NCBI RefSeq assembly: GCF_009914755.1
Contig: NC_060939.1
Length of the DNA: 64,000 nt
Source of the DNA: the human T2T-CHM13v2.0 reference genome, Homo sapiens
Direction: 5' to 3' (one strand)
Below, in pieces: positions 29,230 through 46,760 of this stretch. The position numbers and the translations under genes are program-made. The stretch's first letter is position 1, and every line of letters starts with the position of its first letter. The notes beneath the pieces are model-generated. The model worked only from the letters and a program-made list of their open reading frames with translations. It was not told the origin of the DNA and did no database searches.

Positions 29230-29750
29230 CTAGATGAGAGGAATAAGTTCTAGTATTCTATAGCATTACAGGGTGACTATAATCAACAATTTATTGTATA
29301 CATTTTTTTTTGAGACAGGGTCTCTCTGTCACCCAGGTGGGCATGCAAAGGCACAATCACAGCTCACTGCAGCCTGACCTCATGGGCTCAAGCGATTCTC
29401 CTGCCTCAGCCTCCTGAGTAGCTGGGACTACAGGCGCACGCCATCACACCCAACTAATTTTTGTATTTTTTGGAGAGACAGGGATTTGCCATGTTGCCCA
29501 GGCTGGTCTTGAATTCCTAGGCTCAAGCAATCTGCCCACCTCGGCCTTCCAAAGTGCTGGGATTTATTGTATATTTTCAAATAGCTGGAAGCGCAGATAT
29601 TCTCAACACAAAGAAATGATAAATGCTAAATGAATATGCTAAAACCCTTATTTGATCATTACACATGTATCAAATGATGCAGTATTAATTGTATCCCATA
29701 AATATGTACAATTATTACATGTCAACTAAAAAAGAATAATAATAAAAGAA
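29230..29750 (+). mobile_element. L1MA 3' end, split by AluJ
   Basis: 'gaggaataagttctagtattctatagc...cacaaagaaatgataaatg...ataaatatgtacaattatt' plus A-tail. Confidence 0.85.
29303..29564 (-). mobile_element. AluJ, slightly 5'-truncated
   Basis: J-type 'tgggctcaagcgatt'; TSD atttattgtata 29289-29300 and 29562-29573. Confidence 0.9.
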
Positions 29751-29889
29751 AAAAAAACTGTGTCTTGCTCAAGGCTGGCCTGGCTTCCTCCTACCTTCCC
29801 TTTCCCTGCAGGCCTGCCCGACCTTGTGGGGTGGTGTCCACCTCCTGCCCAGGTCCCTCATCAGTAGCTCTGACCCCAGATCCTCCTGA

Positions 29890-30289
<400 letters not shown>

Positions 30290-30648
30290 CGCAATTTCTT
30301 TCATATGGTTTTCTTTTTCGCTATTTTACTTCACTATAATGGATTTACCCCCTAATAGTCTACTTAGGACTTCTCTAAGATGGACTACACTTCCCTTTAC
30401 CAACTCTAAGCATCTACCTTCCCTCTCCTTGGAGCAAACAGAAAGGGAAGCACAACCAGGCTGTTTCCCGTTCTCAGGGCCTAGCACAGCACCTGGCACA
30501 GAGGCACTTGCAAACATTTTTCCAGATTCTGATATTGAATACACACCATGCCCACAGCCACAGGCTGAGCCCTCAGGATATGCTCTTCCCCCCAAGACTG
30601 CTCTGTCTTCAATAGTTCATGAGAATTATCCCAACTTTATTCCATTAA

Positions 30649-31635
<987 letters not shown>

Positions 31636-32859
31636 GAGCTTGGTCTTAAATTCTGACACCACATTCCAGGCAAAAGTGCAAATGTCTTCCCCAAGCGCAT
31701 CTTTGTTTCCCAGCTGTATTTTCGTTTGAACAACAGAAAGTCACAAGGTGCTATTTTAGCAGAGGAATCTTATGGAAAATAACCCCTCAGGTTGATGCTC
31801 CTGTGCACTGGAAACTACAGGTTCCCATAGGGCATGGGGTGTGATTTGTTTAGAGCCGAATTGTTAAAAGCAGCAGGGTAAGGTCCGAGGATCATTCAGG
31901 TCATTCGGTTCTGTCCACCTGCCTTGAGCCAAGAATCGCTTCTGGCTCTGGCCCACGTGGGCAGCAAAGGAAGAAGCTCCAGAACTCATCTCCCCACCAG
32001 AACCAGGAGCTCATGGTCAACTCCAGGGCAATGTGGGAACGGACCCAGGAAGTTCAGTAATGCAGGGAAGAGGCAAGAAAAAGAAGTACCTTAAGCAAAG
32101 GACTCAGGACACTGGAGGCCCCCAGTCAAGGGGAACTGTTTTCACTGCTAAGATGATAAGAAATCACAACCTTAACCAGGCTAACTTAACTCTCACAGCC
32201 TCCCCTACTGCCTTTGTCTTCTTCTGCCCTCTCCTAAATGCTCCTTCTTGCCTTAAGCTTTCTGAGTGGTCCCTTTGACATTTCCACAAGGATCCCAACA
32301 TGCCCACCATTGGACCCATGCCTGCCCTCAGCCTGAGCCCTCTACTGGCCTTGGCTCACCCTCTCTAGAATCACAGTCCTATCTGGCTCTCCTTCTTCAT
32401 CAACCACCTGCCACCAAGGTCTGTCGTCTCTACTCTTCACATGCTTCTCAAACTGGCCGTTCTCCTCATCCTGATTGCCCTCCCTTGGTGCAGACTCATC
32501 ATCTCTCCATGGGCTGTTGGGATCTTCTCCAGCCTGGCCTCCTTCACTCCAGCCTCGCTCTTCTCTAAACCCGCATTACAGTGCTACCATGGTTACTTAT
32601 AAAACCCCAGGTCTGACAATATCCCCCTGGCTTTCAAATCTTCTGTGACTTAGTCCAAACTCTTTTCTCACTACACCCTCCAGGGCAGAGCTCACTATCG
32701 TAACAGGAAAATCCTGTGTTAAAGTTTTCCATATTGCTTGCAGCTTGTTCAAGGTTTGCAGCTGGTATTACTTTTTTTTTTCTTTTCCTTTTTTTTTAAG
32801 GTAGCATTTCAGGCTTTTCAATTCCAATGAATTTTTTTTCAGAGTTCTTTGTCCATCTT

Positions 32860-33222
<363 letters not shown>

Positions 33223-36200
33223 TAATGTTTCTTCTGTGATTCCTCAAAGCTCCTACTGATAGTTGAACTATTTCTGTATTTCTTAAAACTTTCAAATCCA
33301 TGATTAAACAAATAAGAGCTCAGAATGCATAAAATTCTTTGATTAAGTAAATATACAGTTGGAAATGCCTGTGTTTCACACAAAATATTACACAAAGTTT
33401 AAAAAAAAAACACTACACAAAGTGGGAATTCTAAGTTTAAATTCAAGAAGGTTAACTACATAAATGATCAGAAATGCATCTGATACTTATACACAGCTCC
33501 AGACTTGCCTGTCACCTCTCAGTGTCAACTTTTATAAAGTAATACACACGCTCCTCACACAACCAGTGAATGTTCTGTGTTTTTTAGGAGGAGTGATCAA
33601 ATTTTAAAATGTGCCCAGATGAACTCTGAGAAAAAAAAAGGACACCGTGCTTTATAGAGGCACATCACCGCACGGGCCCACTGAACTATACTGTTGAGTG
33701 GCTCGCTCTGGATTCTACCACTCAACCACAGAGCTTGGGCCTAGGGGGTGCTCCACAAATGCTTGGGCCATGGAGAGGGGCACGCTGAGGTTTTTACTGC
33801 CAAGCATACTGTCTCTAGCAGCAGGACCAAGCACAGCTCTCTGGAAAGAACAATTTCTCTTCCTGTTGTCACTTCAAATGTCTGGAGTCTTTCCCTAAAC
33901 ATCTGTGTCTCCCTTTATGGTATGCTCATTCAAAAATGTATGTTGTCAACATTTACATTCTCCAACCTGTTCCAGTACTTGCCATGAGAAATTTGGCAAT
34001 GTGACCAGGTGCTTCCTTTCCTCGGTCCTAATACTACTGCCTTCCATCCTTAAGGGGAATCCTCTGGAACCCCTATCTGGAGACTGCTGATCAATTCTAC
34101 CGTATCTGCTCCTTCTTGAGCAACATCCACACAGTCTAATCTGAAAAGCTGGCATGACAGTCCCCTGCTGGACAATATCCCTGGTGCCTGCTGCAGCGTC
34201 CGCCCACATAAGCACTCAACACATGCTTGTTGAAGGAATGGATGAACACCAACTGCACACCCCCGAGACTCAATACGTCTCATGTATGCGTCCCAACTTT
34301 CTGGCACCTTTCTTCATGGCTTAATCATGACTGGGTTAATTGCCCCAGGCTTAGTCAGAGGCCAGACTCCAAGCCTGTGGAGGCAGGAAGGCAGAAATCC
34401 AGACTTTTGTCTGGACCATCGGACCACAACTTGCCTGTGCAATGATGGACTGCCTAACCCCTGACCTTTTTCCTCCTTATCTCTCTGTCCCCGGGGCCCA
34501 TGTAGAAAAGACAAGATGCTACTATCTACAGGCAGCTGGGTCAGCAGCCTGATGTTGGGGCATATGCAGACTGATGTCATCATTTAAAGTTTCTACAGGA
34601 ACCTCTCTAGACAGGAGCTGGCTCCAGGCAGGCACATTTCCGTGAAAGCTCTTGCCAAAAACCATCGCTGAAGAATGTTATGTCGAAGGCTGTAAGTGGT
34701 AGAGTAGCTCAATCAGGAGGCTGTCGTCTAGCTGAGCTGTAATCTCCTACCACAAAGTTGTCTAATACAATTTGTTGAGGCAAAGCCTAGCAGATTTAAC
34801 AGGATGTGTCCATCCTCAGTCTCTGCTCAGTTCTTGGCTTCTTTCTGGTCACAGTCCCCACATACAGGGGAGGGGAACTGGTTGAGTCCCACTCCATCAT
34901 TCCTGGGCTGTAAAATCAGATGCCTTTCATAAGCCCAGTCTTAACTGTAAATAGTATCAGTTTACTATTCCCTCATTGAGCACCCACTGAATGCTCAGCA
35001 AGGCTGTGAGCATGCAATGAGTCACAGCTCCTGCTCTCCTGTTTCTTGCATTGTAATGGGATTAACTGATAGTTCAATGAGCAATTATCATCTGATGATA
35101 AATGCTGTGATGAGAGAAAGGTGGGGTAGTTTTTTCCTCTTACATTGGGACATATACATATAGAAAAGTCTATACACCATGCATACAAACATAATTATTA
35201 AATGGACACCGATAAAACCATGACCGAGATCTACATTGAGAATATTTGCCAGTTCCCCAGAAGTCCCTTGTCTACTTCTCCCTCATCAAAAGCAAATCTC
35301 ACTCCACCACCTCAATGGTAACCACTTTCCTGCCTTTGTTTTACCTCCTATATATGATCCCTAAAGAATATACCTTAATTTCACCTGCTCTAGTAATGGA
35401 GTCATCCACTAGTATTTCTTAGCACCTAACATCTTTCAAACTTATGTTTGTGAGATTCACTCATTTTGTTTTGTAGAGCTATGGCTTGTTCATTTTAATT
35501 GTTGTATAATACCCCATTATATAAGTATACTAAAATATATCTAATCAACTCTTGAGGGACATTTGTGTTGTGTCCGGTTTTTGCCTATCTTGAATAATGC
35601 TGCGGGGAACATTCTTATTCATGTATCCTGGTGCACATGTGCATGAGTTTCTGTAGACCCAGGACTACAATTGCTGGGTCATGCAGTTTTGTATGATTGG
35701 CATTGGTAGCTATTGCCCAACACTTTTCCATGGTGGATATATAAATTTTATATTTCCATCCTCAACATATGTGAGTTCCTATTTCTCTACATCTTTGTCT
35801 ACATTTGATACTGTCTGATTTTTGAACTTTTGCTCATCTGTTGAATGCAAAATGATATTTTGTTGAGTTTTATTTAACACATCCCTGATCACTCATTAGG
35901 TTGAGTGGTTTGGTTGTGTATGGTTTTTTTTTCTTATGCTTCTGGGCTGTTTGGATTTCTTCTGTGAAAATGTCTATTTAATCCATTTTTTCTATTGGGT
36001 TTTTTCTCAGTGCTTCATAGTTATTTTTGTATTCTGGACATTGTTTGGTGATTACATATGGCACCTGTCTTCTCTTGTATTTTCATACTATTTATGGTGT
36101 CATTTGAAGAAGTTTCTAACTATAGTATATATTTATTAATCTTTTTCTTTAGGATTCCTGCATCTTGTGTCTAGACCAAGAAAGTTTTCTCTACCTTGAA

Positions 36201-36410
36201 GTCATAAAATATTTTATATTGCCTTCTAAGTACTTTTACGTTTTTCCTTTCACTTTTTAAACTTTTTCTTTTGAAATAATTATAGACTCACAAAAAATTG
36301 CAAATTCTTCCCCCAGTTTTCCCCAATAGTGATATCTTAAATGATTGTAGTACAATATAAAAACCTGCAAATTGACATTGGTAAATATTGCTAACAAAAC
36401 TTACTCAGTT

Positions 36411-36685
36411 TTTTTTTGTTTTTTGTTTTTTTTTTTGAGACAGAGTCTCACCCTGTTGCCCAGGCTGGAGTACAGTGGCACGCTCTGGGCTCACAGCCAG
36501 CTCTGCCCCAGGTTCACGCCATTCTCCTGCCTCAGCCTCCCGAGTAGCTGGGACTACAGGCGCCCGCCACCACGCCCGGCTTTTTTTTTTTTTTTTTGTA
36601 TTTTTAGTAGAGACGTGGTTTCACCGTGTTAGCCAGGATGGTCTCGATCTCCTGACTTCGTGATCTGCCTGCCTCAGCCTCCCAA
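36411..36685 (-). mobile_element. AluY, 5'-truncated
   Basis: Y-type diagnostics; TSD aacttactcagttttt / aacttattcagttttt. Confidence 0.92.
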
Positions 36686-36713
36686 CTTATTCAGTTTTTA
36701 CCAGTTTCTACAT

Positions 36714-36717
<4 letters not shown>

Positions 36718-36756
<39 letters not shown>
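36718..36756. repeat. (TG)n microsatellite
   Basis: Direct reading. Confidence 0.95.
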
Positions 36757-36757
<1 letters not shown>

Positions 36758-38705
36758 TTTTTATGCAAGTTGGTGTCATGTTTAAATTTGGCTCGCATTT
36801 TTTAGTGTTCAATCAGTGGAATAGCTTTTGTGCATGATGTGAGGTAGAGATTCAGTTTATTTTCTCCCAAATGGATAACCAATTATTCTAGCATCATTTT
36901 TTGAATAGTCCATCCCTTTCCCCACTGATACGCGATGGCTTTTTTCAAAAAAATCAAGTTTCTTGATCTGTGTAGGTTTCTTTCTGATCTCTCCATTCTA
37001 TTCCATTGATCTATTTATCTATCCCTTCTTTAACATGATACTATTTTAATTACTTTATATTAATACTAAATCTTGCTATATGGCAGGATGATTTCCAAGA
37101 TTGTGTTCTTCAAGAGTATATTGGCTATGCTTGGCTTTTTTCTCTTCAATATAAATTTTAAAATAAAATTCTAGACTAAAACTTTCAAGTTTCACAAATG
37201 ATCTTCTTAGGATTTTACTGAAACTGTGTTAAACTGCTTTGTGGAGAATTGACATCTTTACAATAGTGAATCTTCCTAACCAAGAATATGACTTAGCTTT
37301 AATTTATCTGCGTTTTCTTTAATGCCTTTCAGTAAAGTGTTGCAACTTTATCCCTGAAGAGTTTTGCACATATTTGGTTAGGTTGACACCTAAGTATCTT
37401 GTACTTTTTTTCTTATTTCAGTTATACTTTCAAATTGAGTGTGGAAATACAGTTGAACTTTGTGTATTAATTTTTTTATTAACTTTGCTAAAATCTCATC
37501 AATTCTAATAATGTATTCATAAATTCTTCTGGTTTTTCTGAGAAGACAATCATACAATCTGCAGATCATGACAGTTTTATTTCCTCCTTTCTAATCCTTA
37601 TTCTATTTCCTCTTCTTGTTTTGCTACTGTCCTGGACAAAATTGAGAAGAACTGATGATGAAACACATCCTAGCTTGAACTTGTTTGTAAAGAGAAAGCA
37701 TCTGACATCTTGCCATTAAATTAATGCTCGCTGTAGGCTTTTGCAATGGCCCTGAATTAGGTTAATACATTTTCTTCTTTCCTAGATTGTTTGTTTGGTG
37801 GCCATTTCTTCTAATATCTCCAACATTCCTTTTGACATTATTTTTCTTCTAAAGCAAGTCCTTGAGAAGCTCCTTTAATAGAAAATATATTTATGGCAAT
37901 CTCTCGATTTTTGTTTTTCTGAAAATTTGTTTTATTTTGCTCTTGTTCCTAAAAGTTGTATTGGTGTAAAATTCTGTCTTTTAACTTTACTGAGGTATAA
38001 ACTATATATATCATAAAATTCACCCATTTGAAGTATGTGATTCAATGATTTTTAGTCAGTTTATCAAGTTATGTCACCATTACCATAATCCAGTTTTACA
38101 GCTTATATAACATCCCAGTAATATCTCTTGTACCCATTTCAAATTAACCCCCATCCTCACCGGCAAGCCCAGGCAACCCTAGTCTCTCCCGGACATTTGC
38201 CTTTCCTGGACATTTTTAAAAAATGGAATAATATATGTGGCTTTTATGTCTGACTTCTTTCATTTAGCATTCCAGTTAGTACTCCACTGTATGACTATAC
38301 CTCATTTTATCCATTTGCTAACTGATGGGCTGTTGGGTTGCTTCCACTTTTCAGTCACTGATGCTATGAACATTATGCAAGTCTTTTTAAGGACATATGT
38401 TTTTATTTCTCTTGGGTATATACTACAGAGTGGAATGTTGTGTCATGTGGCAAGTATTTGGTTGACTTTTTAAGAAACTGCCTATTTTCCAAAGTAGCTT
38501 CCTACCAGTAGCAATGTTTAAGAATTTTGATTTCTCAACATCCTTGCCCAAAGTCATTGTCTGTCTTTGATTATTGTGGGTGGATGTGAAATGGTATCTC
38601 ACTGTGGTTTTGTGTTTCCTTAATACTTTTGAGCATCTTTTCATGTGCTTATTAGCCATTTGAATATCTTCTTTGGTGAAATGTCTATTCAAATCTATTG
38701 CCTTG

Positions 38706-39021
<316 letters not shown>

Positions 39022-39652
39022 TAAATTGTTTCTATTTTTATTAACAAGTTGTAAAAGTTCTTTGCATATTCTGGATACAAATTCTTTGTCACATATGTCA
39101 TTTGCAAATAGATTTTTCCAAGTCTGTATACCTTTACAGTGAGCATATGTGCCTTAGAATTTTATCTGTACAACTCTTTATGGCTTGGATTGAAACTGCA
39201 AAAAATCCAGGGATAAATTGTGTTTGCTCTGCCAGTCACCTGGGACACTTGCATGATCCAAGATGACTTCCCCACGAAGTCTGTATTCCAGACAACAGGA
39301 AAAGGCTGAAGGGACGGCAGGACACCTTCTTTCACTGTCAGGGCAAAGGAGGAAGCTGCACACTCCCACTCACAATTCCACAGCTTAGTCACTTGGTCAT
39401 ATCTAGCTTTAAGGTAGGCTGGAAAATGGAGCATTCAGCTTGGTGGCTTTGTGCCCAGCTAAAAATTCTATGCAAAAGAAAAGTGATATCACACATATGG
39501 TAAATGACAAGGACCTGCATTCAAACTCAGATCTGTATGATCCCAAAGCTGTGCTCTGTGGACTACATTAAGAAGCTAGTAGAATATTATTTTTAAATAG
39601 ATTCCTAAGAATCCTCAAGTCCCCAGACAATAAGTGACCAGAGCCAGGGCCA

Positions 39653-39959
<307 letters not shown>

Positions 39960-41909
39960 TAAAGGATCGTCTTCTCACTATACCACTCTGCCTCTCTGAA
40001 CTATTCCTGAAAGGGACATTTTCATGGTAATCTGGGTGACATTATAGTCATTTTGTATTTTTCTAGGGAACCCGTAGTCACCCTTCCAAACGCCATCCTC
40101 TCTCCTTTTTCCAGAGAACTAACTTTGCCCCTAGGCCCAGCAACTAGAATTTCTCCAGCCTGCTTTGTGGCACTCATCCCAATTCTGTGGCCTCCTGAGC
40201 ATCCTCCGGACCGTCAGGCAGGAAAACTGGGTGTCGGCCCAGAGACATTCTGCCAGGGACAATATTTGGAGCACAACACCCCTGACAGAATGTTCACTGT
40301 GGCAGCCAGTCAGGAAATGCCACTGGCCTCAAGGCTGCACATAGAAGCATCTATTTCAGCCGGGAGGGGTGCCTGAGTATGAAAATCATTGAATTTCTTT
40401 TTCTTTCCCTTGAAGATTCTTGCAGGAGTTTGAGAACCAGCTAAGTGGGAGAACGGTCTGGTAGTTTCAAAAAGCAAGGTTTCTTTTCTCGCCTGAGTTC
40501 CCCCTTAGCTGTATTGTGGGTGTGTGCTCCGGGTTCACTTCATTTTGCTCTGTATGTCTGAAGGGTGGTTAATATCTCCCTAACCAGAAGTGACAAGTCC
40601 CATTCAGAGCTGAGCAAAAACGTTAGCGAGGTTTACTTCATGTGGGAGAAACACCATAGAGAAAATAGCGAACAATGGAAGCTGCTTACAACTGCAAGGA
40701 AATCGCATCACATCTCTTCAAAAGAGACAGTCACACCTGTTCTTTCCACCGTTATTAGGTTGTTTGCTTATTCCTAAAATCAGAGGAATTTACTTATCTC
40801 AGAGAGAAACTCTCGAATTTGAAATTGTTCATCATCCAGCAGCATACTAAAGTAAATTCTCCAAACCAGTAGACAGTAGGGGTGGGAGAAACACAAAAGA
40901 ATTACAGGATGTTGTTCGATTTAACAAATATTTATTGGGTACCTACCATATGACAGGCATTATTCCAGGCACCATATATAAAACAGCTGTTCCCTTCCAG
41001 GGAAATGTGGTTTTGTGTGAGAGATGGTCATGCCAGCAAATAATTCCAGCCAAGTGGAATGCTCTGGCAGAAGAACGAAACACCTATGGTGGGAGCCCAC
41101 AGGTGAGATCCCCCAGCCCCACCCCTGGAGGTGCCTGAGCAAGGGTCGAAGGCAGGAGGGCAGAAGGAGCATTCCAGGCTTGGGTATCAGCATGGAAACA
41201 GGCAAGAGGATGTCAATGTTCCTGACATGTGAAAAGGACCCTGAGTACTTCGGGGTGATTAAGTGCACAGTGTAGGAGGTTAGAGAGGGCGGGTGGCTCA
41301 CTGGGAAAAGTGGTTTGCTAATTTGCCTCTGTTGGCCCCTCTAGGCCTGCTCTCGGCCTTTCTCTGCCCTGCTCTGGCCCTGGAGGCTGACTTCTGTGGG
41401 CGGCAGCACCGGGGCTCCTGGGCAGCTGCCTTCCAGTTAGGTTCAGTGCCTAGAAGCGCCAGCAGCAGCTCAGATGGAGGACAGAGAGTGAGGGTGGGGT
41501 GTTTGTTCTCAACAGTCCCCAGCTCCCAACCTGCCCAGCCATAGTCTTGGCCATGGCTGCCTTCTCTGCCATGGCTCCCTCCAGGCAGCCCCTCCTTCAC
41601 GGTACAGCCCTCTCCAGGACCCAGCAGCACTGCTCTTCCCTCTGGTCTCTTTAGACCCAGGGGCAGGGACTGTTTCTCACTGAACCCGACTCCTTTCACC
41701 TGACCAGCCTGTGTGTAAATAGTCCCTTCGTTAAACTAGTCCGTTGACCTTTATGAGTGAGCCATCTGTTTCCTGGCAGGACCTGGCTAATGCCAGTAGG
41801 TTGGTTAAAAATGCAAATCATGCTAAGAAGTTGCTTTTTGTTGTATTTTTGTTTTTGTTTCACAATGACAGTGGCAAACTATGTTTTTGAACTCCTAAAA
41901 ATTATAAAC

Positions 41910-42170
41910 TGAAATAAGCCAGACACAAAAGATCACATATCCTATAATTCCATTTATATGAAACATCCAGAAATGGTAAATTTATAGAGGCAGAAAGCAG
42001 AATAGTTGTTGCCTGGGCTGGGAAGTGACTACCCATGAGCATGAGGGATCTTTTTAGGGTGGTTGATTGTGGTGATGATTGTACAACTCTGTCAATATAT
42101 TAAACATTACTGAATTGTACACTTAAAGTGGGTAAATTTTTTATGTCCAGAATACATCTATAAAGCTGTT
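41910..42170 (+). mobile_element. L1MB 3' end fragment
   Basis: 'aagccagacacaaaagatcacatat...gattgtggtgatgattgtacaactctg...aataaagctgtt-like end'. Confidence 0.8.
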
Positions 42171-42314
42171 AAGATTATAAACAAAACATATCAATAATAA
42201 AGTTTGGAAAAGAAAAAGGTGATATATTATCACCTATAATCCCAACACCCTAACACAACTATTATCATTTTTTCCATATTCCATTTGTATTAACTGTATT
42301 TGACAATCATGAAA

Positions 42315-42490
42315 ACAATAACATTAGCTAACATTTACTGCATGCTTACCATAGCCGAAGTGCTGGGTTAAACATATACCACGTATTATCTTATTTAGTC
42401 CACACAACAACCAGATGAGGAAGGTAGTATTATTATTATCTATATCTTATTAATGAGAAACCTGAAACTCAGAGAGATTAACTGACTTGC
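42315..42490 (-). mobile_element. MIR
   Basis: 'agctaacatttactgcatgcttacc...aactcagagagattaactgacttgc'. Confidence 0.75.
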
Positions 42491-42536
42491 TATGTAAACT
42501 TTTTTTTTGTAAACGTAACTTTCTACCTTGCTGTAG

Positions 42537-42925
<389 letters not shown>

Positions 42926-43931
42926 TAACTCTTCCCTCATTTGTAACATGTTTCCATAAAATAATGCAATGAACATCTTCATTAGAAATAACTTTATCCA
43001 TATTTATTATCTTCTTAGGATGCTTTTCTAGAAGTTGAGTCAAAGGGAGCAAGGCAATTTTAAAATTTTGGGTAGTAAAATTGGTTTCCAAAGGGCTGGG
43101 ATTTATATTCCCATCTAGCAATTTTGCCCTATCCTCAGCAGCACTAGATCTGCCAAGTTTTTTAATGTTCTGCTTAATTTAGTGGATTCTTAATTCTTAT
43201 TTTAATTTGCATGCATTTAACTACTAGAAAGGTTGAGGTTTTTTCTATACCAGTTGAATTTCCTCATTTGTAACTTAACTATGTGTTCTGCCCATTTGTT
43301 TATTACAAATTATTAATGATTTTCTTACTGATGTACATGAGTTTTTTTAATAAACATATAAACCCCTCATGTTTTATCTGTTTTTTCTCATTTGCCTATT
43401 TATTTTACAAATTGATTTTATATATTTTTACAAAATGAAATTGATTTCTCTTTTCCTTTGTGAATTTTCTATTGCCTCTAGACTTTCAAAGGCATCACTC
43501 TCCAAGGCTTTGATAATAACATTCAGTTATATTTTCTCTTGTGTTTTTTCTGTAGCAATCTTACATCTAAAAATAACCCATCATTTATTTTAATGTATAG
43601 TTTGTGATGTGGGCCTAAGTCTTTTTTCCCCAAACTATTATCCAACTTTTCCCATACCAAATATTATCTCCTTTCCCACTGTTTTGTGATGCTTCCTTTA
43701 TCATATACTATATTCTTATAAGAGGTCCATTTTGCTCCAAAGCCACATAGTTTTAATAATCTTTGTTTGATAATATGGTTTGGTATTTGATGGGTCTAAA
43801 AATTCTCACCTGGTCATCCATGAGAGGTCAGGCCATCCCACTTAAAGGGCACCAAAAACATGGTGCTTTCCTGCTGCTCAGCACAGCACAGCACAGCACA
43901 CAGGTGAGGCTGTTGATACGGTTTGGGATGG

Positions 43932-44292
43932 TGTATTAGTCTGTTCTCACGCTGCTAATAAGGACATGCCTTAGACTGGGTAATTTATAAAGCAAAGAGG
44001 TTTAGTTGACTCACAGTTCCACATGGCTGTGGAGGCCTCAAATTATGGCAGAAGCCGAATGAGGAGCAAAGTCACAACATACATGGTGGCAGGCAAAGAT
44101 AGCATGTGCAGGGGAACTCCCATTTCTAAAACCATCAGATCTCGTGAGACTTATTCACTATCATAGGAACAGCACAGGAACCTGCCCCCATGATTCAATT
44201 ACCTCGCACTGGGTCCCTCCCGTGACACATGGGAATTATGGGAGCTAGAATTCAAAATGAGATTTGGGTGAGGACACAGCCAAACCGTATCA
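43932..44292 (-). mobile_element. THE1 (THE1C-like) solo LTR
   Basis: tgtattagtc...aaaccgtatca termini; TSD gatgg/gacag (CpG-decayed gacgg). Confidence 0.92.
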
Positions 44293-44899
44293 GACAGGGA
44301 GTATTCTAGAGCCCTGGGGGTGACTGAGAACCCCAAAGAGAAGAGTGGAGTTAGTAAGAAACCTGGCCCTGGGATACTTAGAACAGGGCCAGAAGAGCCT
44401 TTCCAGACAATTTTACCCAATTCCTTCAGTGTACAGAGAAGAAAACCCGATTGATGAGATTAAGCCTTTTGCCCAAACTCACAGAGGTAGGAAGTGGCAG
44501 AGCTGGGATTAGATCTGGGTCTCCTGGCTGCTGGTTGGGGGCTCTCTAACGTTCCCTAGGGAAGAAGGTTCATGGGAAGAGGGGACCATGTGTGCTGCAG
44601 CATCAGGGAAGGCTTCAAAATCATGAAGATGGCTTATATACAAGACACTACTTTACTCAATCCTTTCACCTGCCATCTCCATTGGCTCTCACCCCAACCC
44701 TTCCATCAGGTCCTGCGCAAAGCCTCTTAACCACATTCCCCATAACTGGCCAGGTTAACCAGCTTCCATTCTCTGCCCCAAATACAGCAGTTGATGCTCC
44801 CAGCTAGCAGCTTATCTATAATACGCCTCCACACTTCTGCTCTCCAAATGAGTAGAACATTTACCAAGAATCAATTATTCATGTTCCCAAATCTATTTA

Positions 44900-45350
44900 T
44901 GCCTTGCCACTTACACTTGACACCATGATTATGCAATTTAACCAAAAGGAACATAAACCGAGAAAGAAGAGTGTGGAACAAAAGAAATTGTTGCTTTTTA
45001 TGTCAAACACATTGCTTTAGGAAAGACTTGATAAAAGTGAATCACTAAGAAACTTGTTGAATGAGGTGTGGACGAGATAACGGTAAAAAAAAAAAAGAGA
45101 AAGTTTGTATAAATCTAGAAGGATTCTGCACTCGAATTGCTTCAAGAGTACCTTGGGTTCTCTCTTCTTCATTAAAACAGACACTGGAAATTATTAGTGT
45201 AGCTTACGCAAAACAGAAAAGTAGAATTTTCTTCACCAGTTTCTTTGAGAAAAGGCCTTTGATCCACATCAAAATAAGGCTGTATGTGTCCTGTTTTATG
45301 ATTTCTCACCTTGATCAAATTTTTTGGTTAACCAACCAACTACTAGTCCC
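44900..45350 (+). mobile_element. Tigger (Tigger13a-like) DNA transposon fossil
   Basis: 'ggaaagacttgataaaagtgaatcact...aaatctagaaggattctgcactc..attgcttc' resembles Tigger13a. Confidence 0.65.
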
Positions 45351-45602
45351 AATTATATAGGACAAGAGACCTTCCAATGATATAATTTTCGTTTTCAGAT
45401 GAGTTGTCCATGCTCTGAGCAGCATGTCAAACTCAGAGAGAGGCACACAGGCAGGGATGGGATACAATGGCAGCTGCAAGCATGGGATGCTGTACAGTAC
45501 CACAGGAGGCATCCCATGGGATGTGGTACTATACTGCATTGGGCCCAAATTCCAGCTCCACTCTAACCAGTGGTGTGGTCTTGGGCAAATCATTTATCCT
45601 CT

Positions 45603-45928
<326 letters not shown>

Positions 45929-46449
45929 TAAATAATACCTATCTTGGATTATTGTCTAGGTGGAGGGAAATGATGTTGCCTACACCCAGCATGGCGCCAG
46001 ACCCATTTGAAAATGTGAACTTCCTTGTCTGACTCTAAATGAGAAAAGGGGGATGCAATGAGCTTTGGCGGGTGGACTGGGTGTGGATAAGTGGGAAAGA
46101 CAGATGGCATCCCTCCTCATCAGCAAATTCCAACTCACAGAACAAGGCAGTCTTTGGAGAGAGGCATGTGGTAAGTTATCCTAGGTACACGTTCAGACCC
46201 TGTGCCCAGGGACCAAAACAAAAGGTTCCTGGGAGCAGAATGCAAAGGACCACACTCAAGCCGAGTAAAGAGGGCTGCAGGAGTCTGCAAGAGCTGGGAG
46301 CTGCCACATGAACTTGCTTTGGGAGAAGTCCATTTGCAGGGGGTTGCACAACCCTGGAGGCTGTGCTCTGTACACCTGGGAAAGCATTGTTAAGTCCTGG
46401 GACCTGTAAACTGTTTTCCCTGGTAGTTGAGCCCTGTGACTTCCCCAGC

Positions 46450-46760
46450 TGCTGAGTCCAGAAATGAGGAGTGCCTTGGCTTCAGTGTCAGAAGCAGCCC
46501 CACTCAGTTTCTCAGAACACATCTGTGTGGGTGTCTGACTGTCTCTCTATGTCTCTGTCTCTGCTTCTCTCTCTGTCTCTTGCTGTCATTCTGTCTGTGT
46601 CTGTCTCTCTGTGTGTTTCTGTGGCTGAGTCAGATGGAGGAGTCCTCATGTTTCACTGCTTAGCAGTTTTTGTCCTTCCTAGTACCCGTTCCCAGCCCAC
46701 AAGATGCAGAAAGAGCTGTTGCTAGCGTGAGTTATTTTTGTCAGCTGAGTCACCACGCCA
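46450..46760. promoter_or_regulatory. AP-1/ARE motif cluster, candidate enhancer
   Basis: TGAGTCA at 46626-46632 and 46746-46752, both in GCTGAGTCA context; TGCTGAGTC at 46450; non-TE sequence. Confidence 0.45.
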
